From NCBI GenBank assembly GCA_015680685.1, contig MNCI01001919.1, forward strand, positions 628,416 through 692,415: a DNA stretch of 64,000 nt, in the 5' to 3' direction. The notes beneath the pieces were generated by a model. The model had not been told where the DNA came from. It saw only the letters and a program-made list of their open reading frames with translations, and did not search any database. Shown piece after piece: positions 55,412 to 64,000 of this stretch (position 1 is the stretch's first letter; every line of letters starts with the position of its first letter). Made by a program: the position numbers and the translations under genes. This stretch comes from Gnetum montanum. Lineage: Eukaryota; Plantae; Gnetophyta.

Positions 55412-57368
55412 CGCCTACTACATTCATGAGGTTGATGCATGATGTATTGAAATACTTGATTGGTGAGTCTTGTATTATATTTTTTGATGATATTTTGGTG
55501 TATAGCTCTAATGAGGAAGAGAACTTGGATCACTTGAGGATGGTGTGCCTTAAGTTGAAGGAGGTACAGTTGGTAATCAATGTGAAGAAAAGTTATTTCT
55601 TCAAGAAGGAAATTACGTATTTGGATCATGTGGTTTCAAAAAATTAGATTCAAATGGAAGCTACCAAGGTGAAGACTATAAAGGATTGGCCAACTCCTAA
55701 GAATGTTAGGGAGGTAAAATCATTCCTTGGTTTAGTAGGGTTTTATAAATGGTTCATCAAAAAATTTTAGTGGTATTTCATGACCTATGTTCATTTTGTT
55801 GAAGAAAAATAAGGAATTTAGGTGGGATAATGAAACTCAAGGAAGCTTTGACTTGTTGAAAGAAAATATTACCAATGAATTGGTGCTTGCAAATACAAAT
55901 TTTTAGAAGCTTTTTCATGTGGAGTTGGATGCATGCTAACTTTCCATTGGTGGGGTACTTTCACAAGAAAGTAGGCTTATTGCTTTCTTTTCTAAAAAGT
56001 TGAATGAGTTAAGGAAAAAATATAGCATATATGAAAAGGATGAAAAGGATTTATAAGCTATTATTTAAGTAATCAAGCATTGGAGGCATTAGTTGTTGTC
56101 CAAGAAGTTCACTTTGATGATAGACCATAAAGTAGTTCAATTTCTAAACTCACAAAAGAGGTTGAGTGCAAAGCACATAAAGTGGGTTGCATAGTGACAA
56201 GAGTTCAATTTTTTGTTGAAGCATAAAAGTAGGAAAGCCAATGTACTAGCTAATGCATTATCTAGGGTGTATGTGGTAAATTTCATCATACATCATGTGG
56301 AAGATATGGTTTTTTTTTTTTTTGGTTGTTGTATAAGCATGATGTTGATTTTGGGCAAGTTTAAAGGAGCCTCAAAGAGCCATTAATGAATAGGATATAC
56401 TAGTGGAGGGATTATCATATTCAAGATGAACTATTATTTAAGAATGGAAAGGTATGTGTTCCTAATTATGATTTTAGAAAAAATATTTTATTTGAAAAGC
56501 ATTATAGTGGCATGTTAGGTTACATTGATAGGGATAAAACATTGAAACTTGTAGGTAGGCACTATTTTTGGCTTGCTATGATAATAGAAGTTTCAAAATT
56601 TATGAAGGAGTGCTTGACATGTCAAAAGTACAAAGAAGGTAAAGGTATGGATGGACACTATATGCCTTTGCTAATTCCCAAAGATTCATTGGAGAGTATG
56701 TCAATGAACTTTATGAGTGGTAATCCAAAGACCAAGAGTGGAAACGATGTAATTTTTATTGTTGTGAATAGGTAGTCCAAGATGGCACATTTTATTTCAT
56801 GCAAGAAGGTAAGTGATGCTTCTCATTTTGCAAATTTATGTTTCTAGCATATTGTGAAGTTGCATGGTATTCCTTTGAATATTATTAGTGACAGAGATTC
56901 CAAGCTCACACATCATTTTTGGAGGTCCCTTTTGAAGATTTTAGGGATAAAGTTGAATTTTTCTAGTGCATATCATCCATAATCTAATGGTTAATTGTAG
57001 GTGGTAAATAAATTCTTATTAAACATATTGAGATGTTTGTGTGATGGATAACCAAATAGGTGGAAACCTTGTTGTTCCATTCTAAAGTTTCCTATAATAA
57101 TTCTTTTTATGTTACTATTGGGAAAAGCTCATTTGAGGTGAATTATGGGATTTGTCCAAAGAAGGTAAACACCTTGAAGAGCTTTGATGATGAAGCTCAA
57201 CTGGGTGTGCAAGAGATAAGGGATCTTCATGCATAAGTAAAATCTAATCTTAAGAAGAAGGCTGAAGAGAAAGTCCTCAAGAGGAATGAGAGCAAGCAGA
57301 AGTCTAATTTTGCTATTGGTAACTTAGTTTAGGTGCACTTGAAAAAGAAGTGGTTGAGAGGCATTAAT
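55412..57368 (+). mobile_element. CRM-like pol: RT end, RNase H and integrase (degenerate)
   Basis: IFFDDILVYS, WPTPKNVREVKSFLGLVGFY, VELDAC..SIGGVLSQ, IDRDKTL, ECLTCQK, IISDRDSKL, SSAYHP. Confidence 0.95.
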
Positions 57369-60300
57369 TGTGAATCAAGAACTTAGAAAAGGGGTTGAGT
57401 AACTTGTCCAATTAAAAATTACACCCATACAAAGCACACCAAATTTTACAAGGTTCTCCAACTTGGGTATGTTCACACTTGGAGGGTATAATCTGTGCAC
57501 ACCTCCAGACATTATTTCTCAAAAATGTGGTTTGAAGGGCACCACGCCCTATACAAGCTCTATGCTCTACATCAAAGTGTTTCATCACTACAAAACCATC
57601 CAACCCCATAAGGTCCCAACAAGCTTAGAATGTGGTTTCAAGGATCTCATAATCTTTACAAAATTAAGCTCTACTCTAGAGTGTTTTGATGCTACAAAAT
57701 CACTCAACCCTGCAATGTTCCAACAAGCTCAATGTGGATGGCCTCTCATAAGAAGCACATTAACCCTACAAGGCTATGAGAAACAGAGAAAGAAACAAGG
57801 AATAAATGTAACCAACTTTATAATTCCTTGTACTATGAAGCTTAGTACAACTTACAACCAAGCAAATGATGTTACAATGAAAAATAAGAATACAATAGCA
57901 TAGAATAGACAATGATTGATCTTTTGTGAATAGTACATGCATAATTCCCAAGATTTTGACATCTTCTTATAGCCTTGGAGTTTTCAAAAGCTTCATGAAA
58001 TTCATGCAACAACTACTAAACAGCTAGTGTAGATGTCTACTTTGAAGTTAGGATGTCTACCTAAGCTTGGACTCAATACAAGAGAGACATCTCACTAGAA
58101 AATGGAATGTCTATTATGGGACATCTACAGGGAGAAATCTACTCGTAGATGTAGATGTCTACTATTTTTAGGAGAAATATGCTCAACTTTTAAGCTCTAT
58201 TTTCTAAGACTTTTCCTCTCAATTTTCCTTCTTGTTAGTCCTTGAAGCATCTTAATTTGATTTGTATAATTCATTCTTATCCATACTTTCTTCTTGCCCA
58301 TGTATTCTTCATTTTAATATCTCATCATAGAAGTCATTTCCTTGAGTTCTTAGGTCTTATTATGAAGTTCTTATTCATGTCCTACAAAATCATCATCCAC
58401 CACAAACATGTTATTTTCTCTATTTTCCTTAATATTTTAACATATCAAAATGTCAACAGTCTTTTCCCTTTTGGTGATGTCCAAAACTTAAGAATTACCA
58501 ATCTATTGTATAAAACTTAAGAATTACCATGGTAGTGAAAGCCCCAAAAAATGCATTTGCAATAACAATGTTACAATAGAATTATCTTATAGAATTTTAG
58601 GCACACAAAAATTTAGGGAAATGAATGAAAACCAATTCAAAATTTGAAAGAACCCCATAAATTCCTTCTAATAGTGCTACTCAAAACAAAGAAAAGTTTC
58701 AAAGATTACCTCAAACCAATGTTGGGCATCAATGGATCTAAATTGTGGATAATAAATGCTTGTAGTGCTGGAGGAAGCTCCCTTTGACTTCTTTCTCTTT
58801 CTTGGTGGTGGCCTTGATGTTTCAACTTTCTTTTGGACCATGTATTTTGAAGAAAAATTCACAACGCACTATTTTTGGTGAAGCCTTAGTCATCTACCCA
58901 TGGTCATATAGGCTTGGATGTGGAAGAATGAATGAGAAATGAAGGTTTGAATATATATAATTGTGGCCATTAAGGGTTTTTACAAAAGATATAGATGTCT
59001 CCTTTGAGATATAGAAATCTATGCTAAGTCTAACAAAAATTAGGTAGACATCATACTTGAAAACTATACATCTATGCTACATATAACAAAAATCAAGTAG
59101 ATGTCTCACTTAAAAAGTAGGCATATCTAAGTAGATGTGCATCTTTTCATGAAGATGTCTCATAATAGATGTCTTCTAGTAGGCATATTAGCAAGAAAGA
59201 TTTAGGGATGGCTACCAAGGATTATATTCTTAAGAGATATTCAAAATGAATTGAAGACTTACCTCTACTTACCTTTCTCGCTAAACAAAATGAAGGCACC
59301 TAAGGATCTTGAGAATGATATTTGTCTTTTGAGGTATCCCTTCTCATGTAAATTTCTATTTGTAAAAGTTTCTCCCCTTCATAAATTTGTTAGAGAGGTT
59401 TCTTTCACTATCATTTTTCTTCTTTTTTATTCTCCATACCTTCCTAACTCCCTTACCCTTTTAATTTATCCACATTTTGTTGTTGTCTTGCACAGTTTCC
59501 TTTCTAGACATAATTGGATAAGACCAAAGAGTTTTGTGATATGTCCAAATGTTCATATGATTATGCTTTAAATTTCAAAATCATTTCTTATGCCCAAATC
59601 TATTATAATATTAACACCTAAGCCTTTTTTAGACTAAATTTATCAAATCTTTGAGTTGTTCTTTAGTTAAATCTAGTGCTAGTAGTTACCTCAATCTTTG
59701 AAGGGGCTTCTTATTTGAATATATTTTGTATGGATGCTTATTCTTGTTGAGAGAAACCTAGTCCACTTTTATCATTTGGAATTATTCCTTTCCCAAGAAT
59801 TATTCAAAGTGATTCTTTTCCTTTGACCATCCTCTCATTTAGAAGTTTAGCATCTACAAGTTCTTCCTTAATCTATTCATGAGACAAAGTTTTTCATTCT
59901 TAGCCCTTAGATCTAAGGTTTCTTTTGTGAGGTCTAAAATTTTCATATTTAATAAAGAGACATATTGATCCTTGTTTTTTAATTCCTTCTTTAATTTTAT
60001 ACAAATATTTTGAAGAGATAGAATTTTATTGCATCAGAGGTCATACCTTTCTTCATTAGTTTCCATTTGATCATCATCTTCTAACAAGATCATATCATCA
60101 TCTACAAGAGATATACAAATGATATGTGAATCTTTTAAAGTTTCATCCACATCTTTTTCACTTTTCTTTTCATCATTATAGCTAAAATTAAAGCTGGTCG
60201 TTTTCATATCCACGTCAGTCTTATTATTTAGTTTTAATCTACCAATGCTAGAACATTTAGAGGCCACATGGCCTCTTCCACCACACACCCAACATTCTAT

Positions 60301-62301
60301 TGAAAAAGTATCAAGATTTAAATTTGAGAAATTATTACCTTTATCTTTACATTTTGTGTTGGATTGGTTAGGTCCTGGTTAGTTCAAGGTTTTTCCATTT
60401 CTTGCTAGAAACCTTTGAACTCTTATTGATAGAAGAGCTATTTCTTCCTCACTGTTCATTTCTTGTTCAACCAATTCCTTCTCTTTAGATGCTAATTTCA
60501 AGGTAATGGAATTTTCTTTTATTACTTCTTCACTTATGAGATTTATTTAATAAGTAATAAGAGCACTTTGATTCAAATTTTAAGACCAAAAAATCTCTAA
60601 TTTCTTCCATAGTTATAATCTTATGTCTAAATTTAGGTTGTAGTGCTCTAATCATTTTAATGATTACATCACTTTCAGGAAAGTCCTTGCCTATACCCAT
60701 AATTTCTACAACTAGATCATTTACCCTAGAAAAATAAACTTTAATGTTTTCACCTTCCCTCAGTTTAAGTTGGTCATATTCACTTTGCAGAACCAAAAGT
60801 TTTGATTATTTGACTATGAATGTGCCCTCATAGGTAGCTTCTAAGGTTTCTTAAATTTCTTTAGTAGTTCTACATCTAGCTACTCTATTAAATTCAAACT
60901 TATTTAATGCATAATATAAATAATTTTTTTCTTTAGAATTGTACATAAACATATCTCTTTCTTTAGATGTCCACTTGGTTCATGGCTTGAGGACCTTTGA
61001 TGCACTATCGATGGGAAATGTGTAGCCTTCAAGGATTGACTCCCATACCTCAAATTCCATTGACTTGAATAAGCCTTTCATCCTTACCTTCCAATAAGTG
61101 AAATCAAGCCGATGAAACATTGGTGGCTTTATGTAGGACATCCCTCCCATAGTTTACTCTAGAAAGTTGAAGCACAAACTTGAGAATATTGGGTTCCAAT
61201 GCCACTTGTGGATCAAGAACTTAGAAGGGGATTTGAATAAATTTCTCAATTAAAAACTACACCTACCACACAAAACACATCAAATTTTACATGGTTCACC
61301 AACTTGGGTATGTTCATACTCAAAGGGTAGAATCCATGCACACTTCCAAACTTTTTTTCTAAAAAAATCTAGTTTGAAGAACATCACAACCTATATAAGC
61401 TCTAAGCTATACATCAGAGTGTTTTGTCACTGTGAAACCACTCAACCTTGCAAAGTCCCAACAAGCTCAAAATGTGGTTTTAAGGATCCCACAACCTTTA
61501 CAAAATTGATCTTCACTCTGGAATGTTTTGATGCTGTAAAACCATTCAACCCCATAAGGTCCCAACAAGCTTAATGTGGATGCCTTCTCATAAGAAGCAT
61601 ATCAACCCTATAGGACTACAAGAAAGAGAGAAAGACACAAGGAATAAATGTAACTAACTTTAAAATTCCCTGTACTCTGATGCTCAGTATAACTTACAAC
61701 CAAGAAAATGATGTTACAATGAAGAATAAGAATATAATAGCATAGCATAGACAATAATTGATCTTTTTTTAATAGTACTTACACAATTATCAAGATTTTA
61801 AAATCTTCTTATAGCCTTATAGTTTTGAAAAACTCCTCAAAATTCATGCAACAACTAACAAATAACTAGTGTAGATGCCTACTTCAAAGTTGAAACATCT
61901 ACTTGAGATTGGCCTCAATTGAGAAGATATGTCTCATTGAAAAATGAGAAGTCTATAGTGGGATGTCTACATGAAGACGTCTACTCATGGATGTAGAAGT
62001 CTAATACTTTTAGGAGACCTCTCCTTACCTTTTGAACTCTATCTTGTAAGGCTTTCTCCTATTAGTTTTCCTTCTTGATAGTCCTTAAACCATCTTCATT
62101 TGATTTGTAGCCTTCATTTTCATCCATGCTCTCATCTTGTCCATGTAGTCTTCATTTTAACATCTCATCATAGAACTCATTTCCTTGAGTTCTCAAGTCT
62201 TCTTAGGAAATTTCTGTTTATGTCCTAAAAAATCATCATCCACCACAAACATTCTATTTTCTCCATTTTCCTTAAGGTTTTGACATACCAAAAGGTCAAC
62301 A
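57369..62301 (-). mobile_element. SIRE-like non-autonomous element D: LTRs 61207-62301 (5') and 57369-58458 (3'), gag ~59300-61150, accessory ORF truncated (58526-58841)
   Basis: Family LTRs; TSD TTAAT/TTAAC; gag ECWVCGGRGHVASKC. Internal region colinear with element C but lacking most of the accessory ORF. Confidence 0.92.
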
Positions 62302-62306
62302 TTAAC

Positions 62307-62660
62307 TTCTCTAAATTGAAACCCAAGAAGATGGGGCCTTTCAAATTTAAGACTAAATTTAATGATAATACTTTTAAGGTTAATTTACCAAATGATGTTG
62401 GTATTTCTTTTATGTTTAATATTTCAAATCTTGTATACCATCATTGATCAAGTGATTAAGAGATCATACAGTGAAGCATTTATGAGTTGAAAGGGACCCT
62501 TGATTAATCCAAGACTTCAATGAAGAGGAAGGTAATCATACCCAAGCAAAGGGAAGCTTCTAGTACTTGGGAAGTCAATAGGCATGAATATTTAATCCAT
62601 TACGAGGATCAATCCACTACTGATGTTTTATGATTCCATGAGACCAAAATTTGTTAAGTG
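62307..62660 (+). mobile_element. CRM-like integrase C-terminus: GPY/F region and chromodomain-like relic
   Basis: SKLKPKKMGPFKF, FKVNLP, FNISNL, then HEYLIHYEDQSTTDVL. Confidence 0.8.
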
Positions 62661-63732
62661 GGGGATCACTTCTACTCCTACTTCTTTATTCACATGAGTT
62701 CACTTTTTGAAGGATGGGAGAGCTAGTGTATGAACACCTCTTTTGATTTCCCTGTGCTTTGTCCTACAAGTTATTTTTTTAGGTTTTTATCTTGAAGAAG
62801 ACCTGTGTGAGCGTATGCTATTAGTGTATGTCTTCTTGTGTTGATTTTGTATTATGATGATTTGTGAATTTTTTGGCATGTTTGGAGGTGTTTAGCCTCA
62901 TTTTGATGATTTTAACGCATTACCAAATCTATGGGAACTTGTTTGGAGGCATTTGGAGGTTCTAGGCATCAAAATAAGCATTTTTATGTTTGGCATCTAT
63001 AAGTGAGATGTCTCACTAGAATTGAAAATTTCTCAGGACCAAATGAGACATCTCAGAAAAATACTATACGTCTAACCTAAGAGTTGGGTTTTTACAGTAG
63101 ATGATCGAGCAAAGCCAGAGATACCTCAAGCAGTGAGGAAAAAGCTCCAACATGGTAGTTTCAATGGGGGAACATCCAAAAGACTCTTGATCCTTATGGG
63201 AAACATCTAGGAAAGTGAATAGAAAGATTTCTAAGATCTTGAATCTCTATGATATATATGTATTCATCCATGAAGAATATAAGAGAGTGCATCTATACAA
63301 GAAAGTGAGAGAAAAAGCTTTCAAGAGTGGAGATTTGAAAGAGAAAAAGTGGGTGAGCACATTGATTAAGTGAAAATAGTAATTATTGCTTCAAGATCAG
63401 CTTGTGGTATGTTGGTCTATATGTTCTACTCTCTTGTATCTCACTTATAAGTTCAGATATCAATCCTAGGTTGTGGAAGAGATTTCTATTGAGTATGTCT
63501 TACATTGAGAATAGCAATTTTCTGGGTTTAAAGCCTCATGCTATGCAATATAGGTTGAGTGTTATAGGTTTTGGATGCTTGTGGGTTTTGTGAATCTATT
63601 GTAATCTTTTAATAAATTAATTGAAGAAAACTAACTTTCCTGTTTTCTAGCAAATAATGTTATCTTTGCATAATATCTATATTTAGTGCATTGAAGTTGA
63701 TTTAATTATTAGAGTAAACCTACTCTAAACAT

Positions 63733-64000
63733 CCTATCATTCTAAAGCCAAAAATCAAGCTGAAGTAACCAATAGGAAGATTATGCAAATTCTAATATAG
63801 ATTATTAGTAAATATAGGAAAGACTGGAGTACCAAACTCAACAATGCCCTCTAGACATATCACTCAACATGGAAACTTCCTATAGACTACTCTCCCTACA
63901 AATTAGTATACAAAAAGTTATCCAAACATCCAATTCAAACTAAACTTTATACACTCACAACTACATGTGAGCTTGACTTAGACATTAATCTAGCACAAAA
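63733..64000 (+). mobile_element. Athila-like element 2 integrase core, part 3 (continues beyond the window)
   Basis: YHSKAKNQAEVTNR, KDWSTKLNNAL, SPYKLVY, HPIQ motifs. Confidence 0.92.

Larger units (their letters stand above)
29847..63727 (+). mobile_element. CRM-like Ty3/Gypsy chromovirus, full-length but degenerate and split by nested insertions; LTRs 29847-30814 and 62724-63727
   Basis: Matching LTR pair; perfect TSD AACAT/AACAT; PBS TGGTATCAAAGC (30822-30833); PPT ~62710-62723. Excision restores the host integrase HKLITSYHSKAKNQAEVTNR. Confidence 0.92.

Noticed and set aside
54959-57903. Recurrent 70-146 aa ORFs with KCGLKGTT / KKHINP motifs
   Set aside because: They lie antisense within the LTR tandem repeats and are not kept open consistently among LTR copies.

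Overview
AT-rich plant nuclear DNA, apparently from a large-genome seed plant (species not determinable), with two assembly gaps. About 90% is a decayed stack of nested retrotransposons, and no intact host protein-coding gene is visible. The one clear host gene is a MIR393 microRNA locus (hairpin 5667-5767, TATA at 5497). It lies in a CpG-retaining non-repetitive island (~1.7-7.0 kb), and its mature sequence differs from canonical miR393 at positions 12 and 21. The stack can be unpicked using LTR ends, PBS/PPT and target-site duplications (TSDs). A Copia RT relic is interrupted by an Athila element (16410 to beyond the window). That element is interrupted by SIRE-like element A and a CRM-like chromovirus (29847-63727). 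The chromovirus in turn holds a pol-less Athila element (32666-40885) and SIRE-like elements B and D; B holds element C and a 2.2-kb solo LTR. Three structures stand out. (1) Pol-less Gypsy and Copia elements share the layout LTR-gag-[internal copy of the LTR palindrome array + TATA]-accessory ORF with a basic N-terminus-LTR. (2) The Athila-, CRM- and SIRE-like LTRs carry arrays of CpG-centred palindromes upstream of the TATA box, and AGACGTCT is shared by all three lineages. (3) A ~200-bp U3 block is shared between an Athila LTR and a CRM-type LTR. All coordinates were read by eye; lineage names are motif-based inferences.
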